DNA of 64,000 nt from an uncultured Methanolobus sp. GTDB lineage: Archaea; Halobacteriota; Methanosarcinia; Methanosarcinales; Methanosarcinaceae. Of this stretch, positions 22,701 to 32,032 are shown piece after piece. Every line of letters begins with the position of its first letter. Position 1 is the stretch's first letter. Location: contig OY776215.1 of the NCBI GenBank assembly GCA_963675495.1, positions 320,001 to 384,000 on the forward strand, given 5' to 3'. The position numbers were made by a program, and so were the translations under genes. The notes beneath the pieces were generated by a model that did no database searches, was not told the DNA's origin, and saw only the letters and a program-made list of their open reading frames with translations.

Positions 22701-23116
22701 TCATCAAAGAACTCAAATACTTCATCACCATTTGATTGAGGTTCAGCTTTAGAATTACCATAGTACATCTTCACAGTTGCACCGTTTGTCCCGTCGATCT
22801 CAGGTATCTTTACCCAGACCTTAGCAGAAATGAAATCTGTCTTAGATTCAATCCAGTATGGAAGTAGAGTTCCATTTTCACTAGCAAACCTCAGGTCATC
22901 AAAATCAGACTGCATTTCAGATTCATAGTTAATATCGAATATCATTTGATAATCTATTAGGGTTCCATCTGAAGATGGTGAAATATCAATCGTTTTAGAC
23001 TCGCTGAAATCAAACATCACATTCGTTTCATCTGCGCTTACTGGCGTAATCAAACCAAGCGTCAAGATTAAAAAAGCGATGCCTACAACACATATCCTGA
23101 AATGATCATTTTTCAT
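19796..23116 (-). CDS. Surface protein with two DUF2341-like domains, PGF-pre-PGF domain and C-terminal TM
   Basis: Two copies of DFDDLRF...LPYWIE...VWVKIP...MYYGN; poly-Gly linker; TPGFSPFAI; C-terminal TM + RKRS. Confidence 0.88.
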   Translation of the reverse strand: MKNDHFRICVVGIAFLILTLGLITPVSADETNVMFDFSESKTIDISPSSDGTLIDYQMIFDINYESEMQSDFDDLRFASENGTLLPYWIESKTDFISAKVWVKIPEIDGTNGATVKMYYGNSKAEPQSNGDEVFEFFDDFEGTSLNTSKWSVNLQSTGTYSVSNGVLYLDNPVEVFSTQVINSSIPHSVVFRSRLKNQEWGYSYIGFMNPSLSSMSAIHHYRTDVYSTLAKNNGSATREHWGNIAGLQEEYYNWHIIWDSNVSAFLENGDVYSTGKNVSSIPLNIGINTRMDTIFDHDSKVWTDWVYVKKDAKNEPAYSIPNICAAPSSVRTIVISNSGIYGALTGFQYTLNYRTLPVNATGYEYLHYYYDSNFTHEIPQYRDDVDSSVVTLKLDLNDGDTIIYECAEDEEAVSDLLSIFDLIEGLDTGGTITASRTPNEGSLMNILDNSTGTKAYYKTDASTYVIRDFGEPVYIYKLRAAFGTAAATQYIKVSNDGSTWTTLCSWSGDAYRHSVTPWYIVENHWRYVKLEKSGWGWHSYSILNVLSSQDTANTLYYYYSINASNFSNSKTISISPSSDGTLVDYQMDFDILYESEMQPDFDDLRFVDERDALLPYWIENKTDSVSAKVWVKIPVIDGTNGSTIKMYYGNPNATSESNIDSVMLLADMFEGNSIDPTKWIKTEYGAASHSVSDGIYTSTLLAGPINTGNVLESAVSFDGPIVVQADYYYSPVSGYPYADLFYGTGYFGSYKLATDGWYYDSHQPNDPTNTLVRYFTSGTPDDLYHNTNVSLMPSNAWAQMIFKLGDSNVAICTDGVEQFNIPGNFENTSGTLRLSHFTAHYQTGMLKIKNVFVHEYAADEPTYSIKGLPDTITTVSTTSSSGGGGGGGGATGETYENILVKEVQSIFINSGSHINYEFKEEGNAISSIQFDSLKNSGKIQATIEILSNRSSFAELDAPGEVYQQMNIWVGKTGFVSPDNVEDLLIDFKVEKAWLNKNNIGAETVKLYRYSDDKWNILSTYVTKEDDEYVYFESQTPGFSPFAIGSESKATEILIEDSLKSIEDTDVVAAYVLPEKTDDNGFIAIMQIMGGISIVLAGAYMVYRKRS

Positions 23117-23638
23117 ATTCTTGACCCTCGAGCTGCCAATTCTTGAATAAATTTTAAAAAATTACATGAATAATATATAAACATACCATACCACCAACAA
23201 CTTAACAATCTGCCACCAATTGAGTTAATCAACCTTTTTAAAATTACTTTAATAGGAGAATGATGCATTTTCCAATGTGGTTTAAAATGTTCTAATGTTT
23301 TACATACTTATAAAAGCATCTAAATTAATATCAACTGTTGGTTATTAAAGTAAAAATATTATTAACAATTGCAGAAAATAGTTCTTTTCTTACTTAACAG
23401 AAGTGATATGAATTTGACTAAAAACTATCAAATGATCAATATTTCAAAAAAGGAATCGACAACCAGCACAACTCTTATATACAAATAAACCCTAGAACGA
23501 GTGCTTTAATATAAGACTGTTATTCGCTAAACGTATTGACACTAAATGGCATTTACTTTAACTGTAGATTTCTATTTTGCATTATGTTTTCAGCTTACTC
23601 AGATCTTTTAAGCTAACCAAAAAGGAAGTGAATTTAAA

Positions 23639-23845
23639 ATGTTTAACAGAAATGAAACCACAGCACCTGTAGATGCCGGAGAGACATACGACGTAACAAT
23701 CGAAGACCTTGCAAGAGAAGGAGACGGAATTGCAAGAGTAAGCGGATTTGTAATCTTTGTGCCTGGAACATCAGTAGGCGACGAAGTAACCATCAAAGTA
23801 ACAAAAGTAATGAGAAAGTTCGCATTCGGCGAAGTTGCTGAATAA
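23639..23845 (+). CDS. Single TRAM domain RNA chaperone
   Basis: APVDAGETYDVTIEDLAREGDGIARVSGFVIFVPGT. Confidence 0.95.
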   Translation: MFNRNETTAPVDAGETYDVTIEDLAREGDGIARVSGFVIFVPGTSVGDEVTIKVTKVMRKFAFGEVAE

Positions 23846-23863
23846 GCACACACTTTTTCATAC

Positions 23864-23900
23864 GAAGTATCAATGATGATACTTCAATAATCTTTTTTTA
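23864..23900 (+). terminator. Hairpin plus T-tract after the TRAM gene
   Basis: GAAGTATCA-atga-TGATACTTC followed by a T-rich run. Confidence 0.55.
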
Positions 23901-24062
23901 TTTGTTTTGGATTCTTTTTTTTAAATAGTAATCAATTATTAGCGGTTAGTTTTGCGTATAAGGTTAAGACTGGTCACAAAATATATTAGCCAATCAAACT
24001 AGCACTAAACGCAAAATGAATTAAAAAATAGATATTAGAAAAGATGAATACTAGAATTCATC

Positions 24063-24401
24063 TCATCCAAGGAAGCCTTTACGTTCCAACCAGTTAACCT
24101 GAGGACGAGTGTACTTCCATATAACATCAGCTTTCGAATCCTGGATCTCCCAGGGAGTTGCTATAACGATATCGCCTTCGCGGACCCACATTCTTTTCTT
24201 CTTCGAACCGGGAATCCTTCCCATACGGACCACACCATCCATGCATTGCAACCTTACCCTGTTTGCTCCAAGAAGACTTGAAACTGTTGCCAGAACCTCG
24301 CCATTCTCTTTGCGTGGAGTCCTAACCCTGACAACTTCCTGTCCATCAGGATTTCCACCCCTTGCGTTACTTTTCCTTTTATTACTTCTATAATTAGCCA
24401 G
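24063..24401 (-). CDS. eif1A: Translation initiation factor aIF-1A, inferred CTG start
   Basis: [44 protein letters not shown]; homology extends upstream of the ORF-track start; GAGGT lies 6 nt before CTG and an in-frame TGA lies just upstream. Confidence 0.92.
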   Translation of the reverse strand: MANYRSNKRKSNARGGNPDGQEVVRVRTPRKENGEVLATVSSLLGANRVRLQCMDGVVRMGRIPGSKKKRMWVREGDIVIATPWEIQDSKADVIWKYTRPQVNWLERKGFLG

Positions 24402-24683
24402 ATTAATACCTCAGTGCATGTAAAATGTTTTATTCCTTCCTTACTTAAACAAGATATTTACCAAAATGTTGTCTATGGATCTCACAACATTAGAAATATC
24501 CAATTTAAACAAAGCAAAATTTGACCTGTATCCGCCACTGTAAATAAAAATTTACAAGTGCATTATGGCCATTTGATTCTATTTGTATAGATATGCTCAA
24601 ACTATATAAGATGAATCGTATATTTAAGGGAGTTACCGAATCATACCCGGTAACGATCATCCCTTACTTTAATTAGTTAAAAA

Positions 24684-25976
24684 TTACTTTTTTCCAGAAA
24701 GCATTAACTTGACAAGTCCGGCAGCAATGTCCATTGAGGTATAATCCTCCTCAGCCATCTTCTCCACCCAATGCATATGTTTACCAAGGTGACCTGCATC
24801 AATGGTTTCTTTTACTTTCTTTGCAAGCATGTTAGCCTTGAAATCCTCAGCATCACTTCTTGTTGGGACCTTCTGGTTCTTTATTTTTGTCTTGGTGTAC
24901 TTCTGGATACTCTTGATCTTGTAGATCTCTTTTGGGGTCACAAAAGTGAATGCTATTCCCTGCCTTCCTGCACGTCCCGTCCTTCCAATTCTGTGGACAT
25001 AGGATTCCTCATCCTGTGGCATATCAAAATTGAAAACGACTTCGATATTCTCAACATCGATACCACGAGCTGCTACATCAGTTGCAACAAGGGTCTCTAT
25101 TTCCCCTTTCCTGAAACTTGCCATTACCTTCTCTCTTTGGGTTTGCTTCAGGTCACCGTGAATTGCGTCAGCAAGAAAACCTCTTGTTTTAAGGAGACTG
25201 ACCAGTTCATCCACCTTTTTCTTGGTATTACAAAATACAAGGGATGATTTCACATCATAAATGTCGATCATCCTGCAAAGGACATCTGGCTTCATATGAT
25301 GCTTCACTTCAAAGTAGGATTGCTCCATGTTAGGTGCTGTAACAACTTTATGGATTGTCTTGACATGCACCGGATTATTTTGAAATCTCTTAGCCAATTT
25401 CATTATTGGAGCAGGCATTGTAGCTGAGAAAAGGATGGTCTGCCTGTCATCTGGAACACTGCTGAGGATGCTTTCAATATCCTCCCTGAATCCCATATCA
25501 AGCATTTCATCAGCCTCATCAAGAACAACCATTTCCACGTTGTTGAGTTTTAGTGTCTTGCGCTCGATGTGATCCATAACCCTTCCAGGAGTTCCGATCA
25601 CTATATGAACACCACTTCTAAGAGCCTTTATCTGCCTGTCAATGTTCTGTCCACCATAAACTGGCAGTATCTTTGTCTTCTGATATTTTGCAAGCCTTGA
25701 CAACTCATCTGAAACCTGATTTGCCAGTTCTCTTGTAGGACATAGAACAAGTACCTGGGTATTTCTGCTGTTAGGTGTTACCATTTCCAGAGCTGGTATC
25801 CCAAATGAAGCAGTCTTACCTGTACCGGTCTGTGCCTGACCGATAACATCCTTGCCTTCAAGGATATGAGGAATAGATTGAACCTGTATGGGAGTAGGTT
25901 CCTCAAAACCTAGTTCCTCAATTGCTTTTTCGATATTTCTGGATAAATGAAGATCTTTAAACGTTGATGATTCCAT
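24684..25976 (-). CDS. DEAD-box RNA helicase
   Basis: AQTGTGKT, PTRELA, DEAD, SAT, ARGID, HRIGRTGRAG. Confidence 0.96.
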   Translation of the reverse strand: MESSTFKDLHLSRNIEKAIEELGFEEPTPIQVQSIPHILEGKDVIGQAQTGTGKTASFGIPALEMVTPNSRNTQVLVLCPTRELANQVSDELSRLAKYQKTKILPVYGGQNIDRQIKALRSGVHIVIGTPGRVMDHIERKTLKLNNVEMVVLDEADEMLDMGFREDIESILSSVPDDRQTILFSATMPAPIMKLAKRFQNNPVHVKTIHKVVTAPNMEQSYFEVKHHMKPDVLCRMIDIYDVKSSLVFCNTKKKVDELVSLLKTRGFLADAIHGDLKQTQREKVMASFRKGEIETLVATDVAARGIDVENIEVVFNFDMPQDEESYVHRIGRTGRAGRQGIAFTFVTPKEIYKIKSIQKYTKTKIKNQKVPTRSDAEDFKANMLAKKVKETIDAGHLGKHMHWVEKMAEEDYTSMDIAAGLVKLMLSGKK

Positions 25977-26170
25977 ATTATAGTTCCTGTGATTATGTGG
26001 CCATCAATGCAAAACATGGGATGAAGTCACATCATCTGGATTTGTTTTCAATTTGGCCCGCTTTAAGAATTAATGTTCCAAATTGTTTTGTAAAGCAAAA
26101 CAAAAAAGAGCAGTGCTTTAGTAATAGCAGCAACGGCATTAAGCTTGTCGGTGATAATAGGCAAATGATA

Positions 26171-27493
26171 TTATTCCGAACAAATTGATTGTGATGTTTT
26201 CTCAGCCTTCCTGTAAAGTCGCTGATACTCAGGAGAATCTACGAGTTCCAGGGAAACCATTAAATCATTAATAGAATCTGACGCCTGACAAGTTGATGAT
26301 GCCTGGTCACATTCTGATGCTTTTATGCCAAGTTTGCCAATCCCATGAACTATACCTTCCACGACCCGTGAGTCTGTCCGTTTATCAATACATGAAAAGC
26401 CAATCGAAACCAGGGAATCTATAACCTTTGAAGCTTCCTTGTCATAACCTTTATCCAAAGCCCTTTGACCAATATCAAAAAGATGGTTGATAACAGTAGA
26501 TAATACATCTCGCTGATGCATGTCTGATGCAACTATACCAATCTGTTCAAGGGATGAGGATGCCTGCAATACAGAATTACCAGGATCATTCTTTTCCAGC
26601 TCCTTCCATATAACCTCAAGGTTCCTAATCACAATAAATGTAGCATCCTCATCACCACGGTTTAAAGTGAACTTTCCAAACCTTGCCAGACGGGAAAAGA
26701 TATAGTTTGCAATTATTTTTTGTTCTGTGATGTCAAGGTCATTGTTTATGAATACATCCTTGGCACGTTTACCTATGATATCAATTCCGTTCCTTGTTGT
26801 TTCAAAATCATGTTTTAACAGTGAACTACTGATTATATCGATAATTGGTTGTATAGGATCTTTTTCCAGAATTCTGTCGGCATCTGAGCTGATAGCTGTT
26901 GTGATGTTCTTGGCATTTAATTTCATTGCCTGTATATTGAGCAATGTTGACGGCTTGAGCATGTTAAGTGTCCTGAACAGGTATGGGAACAATATCAGTA
27001 AAGAGTAGACTCCGAAATGGAATGCAAATGATATCCTGATTTGTATTTGAACTGTACTCTTATCAGGCATGGATTTTAGAACGAACAAAGAATAGATCAT
27101 GGACACAATATAAATCACCATGAGAATCCAGAAATCAGGATTATATACTTTGAGAAGATCGATCATCCTCACTGAGTAGGAACCCGAAGCCAATTCCACC
27201 GCCACAAGACTCATTGTTACAATTATAGCTAGTATAGCCGCTTCACTCTGTATCAAGGCACTTATCATATAGCGTGCACTTGTCATATCATAACTTGAAG
27301 GTCCAAAGACCAGAATGATATAGTGAAATATTCCAAAACTGAACAGGAACAGAAGAATGTAAAGAATAATACGTGAAAACCACAGATACAAGACATCCAA
27401 GGAAAAGTTTTCATTATTTATTTTGTTTAGTAGCATTTTTAATTTCAATAACTTATTTATGATTAACTCTGATGTCAGCAAAGATGATGACAC
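26171..27493 (-). CDS. DUF2254-like membrane protein with helical-repeat C-terminus
   Basis: N-terminal TM helices with LIQSEAAILAIIVTMSLVAVELAS..YS.R; HEAT-like C-terminal repeats. Confidence 0.7.
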   Translation of the reverse strand: MSSSLLTSELIINKLLKLKMLLNKINNENFSLDVLYLWFSRIILYILLFLFSFGIFHYIILVFGPSSYDMTSARYMISALIQSEAAILAIIVTMSLVAVELASGSYSVRMIDLLKVYNPDFWILMVIYIVSMIYSLFVLKSMPDKSTVQIQIRISFAFHFGVYSLLILFPYLFRTLNMLKPSTLLNIQAMKLNAKNITTAISSDADRILEKDPIQPIIDIISSSLLKHDFETTRNGIDIIGKRAKDVFINNDLDITEQKIIANYIFSRLARFGKFTLNRGDEDATFIVIRNLEVIWKELEKNDPGNSVLQASSSLEQIGIVASDMHQRDVLSTVINHLFDIGQRALDKGYDKEASKVIDSLVSIGFSCIDKRTDSRVVEGIVHGIGKLGIKASECDQASSTCQASDSINDLMVSLELVDSPEYQRLYRKAEKTSQSICSE

Positions 27494-27657
27494 AGTTCAT
27501 ACAAAGTTTATTTTATGAACTTATGTAGTTTGGGGTTTATTTTTACGCCAATTATTTATAATTAAAGAACAGTGAATTTTATGGGAGTATAACTTACACT
27601 GATTCCAATTCATGCAGACGAAGTTATACTTTAATGAAAAGACTATGGAGGTAGTTT

Positions 27658-27981
27658 ATGTCTGAGTGGATATTTGCTATAGAAGAAGATAAATTAAAAG
27701 AAGAAAAAATAAAGGTCATCAAAACAGGGAATAAACAAATAGCCCTGATTAAGAAGGAAAACAAAGTATATGCAATTTCAAACGAATGTCCACATGAAGG
27801 ATGCCCACTTAAGAACGGAAGCCTGGAAGATTATACACTCAAATGTGCATGCCATAACTGGGGCTTTGACATTCGCACAGGAGAGAATGTTGATACAGGC
27901 GAGTATATAGACATGGATGATCCAAAGGTTGAAACTTTTGAAGTACAAGTTGAAGACGGAAACATATCCATCCTTGTATGA
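27658..27981 (+). CDS. Rieske [2Fe-2S] ferredoxin
   Basis: CPHEGCPL...CACHNWGFD motifs; GGAGG RBS. Confidence 0.92.
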   Translation: MSEWIFAIEEDKLKEEKIKVIKTGNKQIALIKKENKVYAISNECPHEGCPLKNGSLEDYTLKCACHNWGFDIRTGENVDTGEYIDMDDPKVETFEVQVEDGNISILV

Positions 27982-27994
27982 TCATTCTTTTTTA

Positions 27995-28738
27995 TTATTT
28001 TTGAAGTACAAAGAAAACATAACCATATTCATTTGAATACTGCCTGAAAAGTTCTATTTCTTTTCTGGAGAACTCAATTATGGATTCAGCTTCAGCATTG
28101 TCTTTGAAATTATCTTCTATTGAATCAAGTCTTTTCTCCAGAGGAACATAGTAATCATCCCACCAGGCAGATGACGATAACTTAAACTGGTCAATAATAG
28201 TATAGCCAGCAGTTTCAATTCTGTTTTCGTTTTGTGGAATTGTCGCTATATCGGAATAACATTCATTCCAGAACTGATAAATTTCCTCTGAAGAAGATTC
28301 TGTGAACCAGGCTGCCTCTGTAAGCGCCATAAAACCACCTTCTTTCAGGAAATGTTTCCAGTAATCAAGTCCTTTTTCAAAACCCATGATAAAAATAGCG
28401 CCTTCGCACCAGATAATATCAAATTCATTATCCTCAAAAGGCAAGTCATCCATGGAGGCACAAACAGTGGATATCCTGTCAGCAACTCCTTCGTCTACTG
28501 CCTTTTCCATAAGACTATCGAGGTATGGCTGGTAAACATCAACTGCAGTAATATGACAGTTATCACAAATCCTTGCAAGATGAATGGTCTGCATCCCTGT
28601 ACCGCAGCCTATATCCAAAATTTTTACATTTACAGGAAAATGTGAAAGCATAGTAAAGGCTTTTTCCGTACATTTATTGCTACCAGGGCCCTGTCTGGGT
28701 AAGCCATCAAATATTTCAGAAATTGCGGATTCGACCAT
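27995..28738 (-). CDS. Class I SAM-dependent methyltransferase
   Basis: LPRQGPGS, ILDIGCGTG, DIIWCEGAI. Confidence 0.9.
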   Translation of the reverse strand: MVESAISEIFDGLPRQGPGSNKCTEKAFTMLSHFPVNVKILDIGCGTGMQTIHLARICDNCHITAVDVYQPYLDSLMEKAVDEGVADRISTVCASMDDLPFEDNEFDIIWCEGAIFIMGFEKGLDYWKHFLKEGGFMALTEAAWFTESSSEEIYQFWNECYSDIATIPQNENRIETAGYTIIDQFKLSSSAWWDDYYVPLEKRLDSIEDNFKDNAEAESIIEFSRKEIELFRQYSNEYGYVFFVLQK

Positions 28739-28920
28739 GAAAAGACATTATAAGTATTGATAATAGTTTTTTGTGGTCCTCATATATCAAGATCATCAGA
28801 TCTACTAGATGTTAATGTTAAGAGAAGAGAAAAAAGACTAAGAATAGTTGTGAAAAAACACCAAAAATAGAAATAGAGTGAATATATCCTGATTATAAGG
28901 AGAAATCAAGGGGGATTTTA

Positions 28921-29958
28921 ATGAAAAGAATAATTATGATATTTCTGCTGACACTTGCTATTTTAAGCACAGGATGCACAGAAGAACAAAATGGTAAAAC
29001 AGATATCTCTGATAACGCAGTCATCACCCACCTATCATATGGCGCTTTCACTTTACAGGAAATGGCAGTACAGGAACTTATTGTTAATTCCACGGCTGTA
29101 AATTTTAGCTATTACAACTATGAAGATAAGCTAACAGCCAGATACGTTAAACCTATTGACGAGGAAACACGCAACAGTCTGATTGAACTTTTCAGGGATA
29201 ATGAATTCGTTGAGATGAACGAATTATACGAACCACAAGAAGGACAGCCAATTGTTGCTGACACCGGAACATTAGAGATTACAGTTGCACAGGAAGGAAT
29301 GGCTAAGACCGTAAAAGTTGATCCTTATTTCCATGAATACATGCCTGATGATCTCAGGGAAATAGATGAAGCTCTGGTTCAGTTAAGACGTTATGCGATC
29401 GCAATCTCTGAGGATGATGCAAAACTGATCGCTGAAGAATGGATCATGAATGCACCAACTTACAGTTTTGACGGTTCAGACCTCACTTTGACAGACCACC
29501 AGTACAATGAGGAAGAGCCTGAAATCCACGCCCTTACTTACACATTCGTCAGTAGTCATGGTGGTTACGGGAACAGGTCAGATCAGATGGCCACACAGGT
29601 CATTACCGAGCATACTATCGAGTTAGGATTATACAACGAAATAATCGAATCCGCAACAATTGACGGTGTATGGGATGAAATAAACCAGAACATGCAGGAG
29701 AAACTTGTTGAGATGGAATCCGAACAGATGTATTGCAACCAGTCACCATGGCAGCTCTGGTACGCTGAAGGAAACATCAACTTCCTGATAGAACCCACCG
29801 AGGAAGAGCTGGCAATTGCATATTTTGGCACGGTTCATGAAATAGCAATATCTGATTTCAATTCCTTAAACTTGAAGGACGGTATGTGCCAGTATAGCCT
29901 GAAATCTAAACAAAGCTATGTGGAAGCACTATCTAAAATGGGTTGGCAGCGGGTTTAA
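28921..29958 (+). CDS. Lipoprotein, function unknown
   Basis: Lipobox LSTGC and an acidic secreted body. Confidence 0.8.
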   Translation: MKRIIMIFLLTLAILSTGCTEEQNGKTDISDNAVITHLSYGAFTLQEMAVQELIVNSTAVNFSYYNYEDKLTARYVKPIDEETRNSLIELFRDNEFVEMNELYEPQEGQPIVADTGTLEITVAQEGMAKTVKVDPYFHEYMPDDLREIDEALVQLRRYAIAISEDDAKLIAEEWIMNAPTYSFDGSDLTLTDHQYNEEEPEIHALTYTFVSSHGGYGNRSDQMATQVITEHTIELGLYNEIIESATIDGVWDEINQNMQEKLVEMESEQMYCNQSPWQLWYAEGNINFLIEPTEEELAIAYFGTVHEIAISDFNSLNLKDGMCQYSLKSKQSYVEALSKMGWQRV

Positions 29959-29980
29959 ACCCGTTGCCACTTTTGGTTTT
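29944..29980 (+). terminator. GC hairpin overlapping the stop codon, followed by a T-tract
   Basis: TGGCAGCGGGTT-TA-AACCCGTTGCCA then ctttt. Confidence 0.55.
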
Positions 29981-30203
29981 CGAATACATTTTTAAAGCTG
30001 CTTTTTTGAGCTGTTTGCAGTTTTTTTAATTATACATCGAATTAAGATGATCATTGAATAAAATCCCTTTTAAATCTCACTGAAAGTACGAATCTAAAGA
30101 GTTTTCATTTTGTAGATTCTACCACCATACTATTGCCTCATCAAAAAAATATTAATATTAAATTAAAAATAAGAGGAAAGGTATTCCCTTGATCAGGAAT
30201 GCC

Positions 30204-31553
30204 TCACGTGCTGATATTCATTTTTCCAACTATGTCTGATTCTGTTATCACTCCCTTGAAATTTCCGTTATCATCCACTACCAATGCCTTATACTCATGC
30301 TTCCTTTTCATCATGGAAATTACGTTCTTTAATGGGAGTCTGTCCTCTATTTTCAATATTGGAAGTGATTTTATAGAATTCAGTTTCTCATTAAGCAACC
30401 TACCATCTGCAAGAAGATTTATTATCATATCAGATGTGATTATACCTGAAGGTTCCTCATTTTTGTTCAAGACAGCAACTGAATGGATGTGCTCTTCATC
30501 CAGCAGCTTTACAGCATCATGCAGAGTTGATTCTTCATGAAGTGCAAAGATGCCTTCCTCCATAACGTCCCTAGCTCTGTCAATTGTCTTGCCGAATATG
30601 GCATCTGTAAATTTTACGTACCATGCAGCAGACTGCACTTGTATGATATATGCCAGTGCAATAATCATAGCTATGTCAGACCCCTGAGTTCCAAATACTG
30701 CCATTGCAAGAGCAAGAGCAATCGAAAGATTGCGCATAACCGTTCCGTATACAAGGGCGATACCATCCTCGCGGCTGAATACAAGCTTTGCCACCATTGT
30801 GCTCAATATAAAATTCAGGGCATAGAAAATCACAAGAGGGATTAGCAAATTGATAAGCATTGATGGTTGTGAAATGATTGTTTTAGATTTAAGGGACATA
30901 GCAACAAATACGATACCCAAAACTCCCAGTGTGGAAAGCATTGGGAACTTCTTCTTGATATCCTTGTGATATTTTGCCTCACCATATTTCCTGATAATAA
31001 AGAGCTGGGTGGCATATCCTGCTATCATTGGTAAAAACACGATCAGAGCTATTTGCCTGAATACATCGAGCAGAGGAATCTCTATAACAGCACCCATCAG
31101 CCATTTGGCATACAAAGGAGTTGCCAGTGATCCCGCAATAAGGCCAATTACAGTCATTTTGACCGCAGCATTCAGGTTACCTTTTGCAAAACCAGTCCAT
31201 GAGATAGTCATTCCACTTGTAGGCAGCAAAGATGCAAGCAGCAAACCAAGAGCTACCAAGGGCTCATCTGAAAAGAATATTCTGCCAAGTCCAAAAGCCA
31301 AGAACGGAATGATTGCAAAGTTGATCACCTGTGTTGCAACCTGTACTTTCGCATCTCCTCCCGAAAATACTTTTTTTATCTGGAGGTTGACCATCATCGG
31401 GTAAACCATCAGAAAAGTAAGAGGAATGATAAGAACTTTCAGAAAGGAGGATTCGTAATAATAACCGAATATTATACCGAGTACCATAAAGAGAGGGATA
31501 CTGTATACAAGATTCATCTGTAAATATGATATCTTTTTCCACATCACTTTCAC
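30204..31553 (-). CDS. Acr3/bile acid:Na+ symporter family transporter fused to a CBS pair
   Basis: FLMVYPMMV, LPTSGMTISWTGFAKGN, MRNLSIALALA; C-terminal CBS motifs (GIITSDM, GVITESD). Confidence 0.85.
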   Translation of the reverse strand: MKVMWKKISYLQMNLVYSIPLFMVLGIIFGYYYESSFLKVLIIPLTFLMVYPMMVNLQIKKVFSGGDAKVQVATQVINFAIIPFLAFGLGRIFFSDEPLVALGLLLASLLPTSGMTISWTGFAKGNLNAAVKMTVIGLIAGSLATPLYAKWLMGAVIEIPLLDVFRQIALIVFLPMIAGYATQLFIIRKYGEAKYHKDIKKKFPMLSTLGVLGIVFVAMSLKSKTIISQPSMLINLLIPLVIFYALNFILSTMVAKLVFSREDGIALVYGTVMRNLSIALALAMAVFGTQGSDIAMIIALAYIIQVQSAAWYVKFTDAIFGKTIDRARDVMEEGIFALHEESTLHDAVKLLDEEHIHSVAVLNKNEEPSGIITSDMIINLLADGRLLNEKLNSIKSLPILKIEDRLPLKNVISMMKRKHEYKALVVDDNGNFKGVITESDIVGKMNIST

Positions 31554-31995
31554 CTCAATTTCAAAATATAGACCATTTTAAGAGTTGCCATCATTCTCAA
31601 CTACATATCTACCGGGCTGAAAACAACAATTTCCAGGATGATTACACACCCTCGAAAATCATTTCAACACTTTTGTCCAGTTATTATGTAATTAGAGGTA
31701 CAATTTAAACACTTTTAAGTGCGGACATTTCTCACTGTGAAAAAGAAGTACTGTTTAGTCTCCAATAAGAGAATAAAGTAAAAACAGCAGATTAAGACTG
31801 AAGAGAAAAGGGTCAAAGGCTTTACAGGGGAAGTTTCGATACACATGCCATAATTATGAAGGTTATGGAGGTTGGAGGTAGAATTGATGGCGTTGTGACC
31901 CATTTATTCTGTAAAGCCTATGATTTTTATTGTGGAGTTAAGTGTGAATTTGTAAGTGTGAATTGATAATTGTGATATATTAAAAAATATAAAGA

Positions 31996-32022
31996 AAGAA
32001 GTTTTCGTAAAGAAAACTTCTT
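31996..32022 (-). terminator. mtaCB terminator hairpin
   Basis: AAGAAGTTTTC-gtaaa-GAAAACTTCTT immediately after the mtaB stop, then T-rich on the minus strand. Confidence 0.6.
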
Positions 32023-32032
32023 GGTACTACAT

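Noticed and set aside
24109-24393. 94-aa plus-strand ORF
   Set aside because: Antisense to aIF-1A.
31526-31903. Two ORFs of about 60 aa between the transporter and mtaB
   Set aside because: No RBS or motif support; probably spurious.
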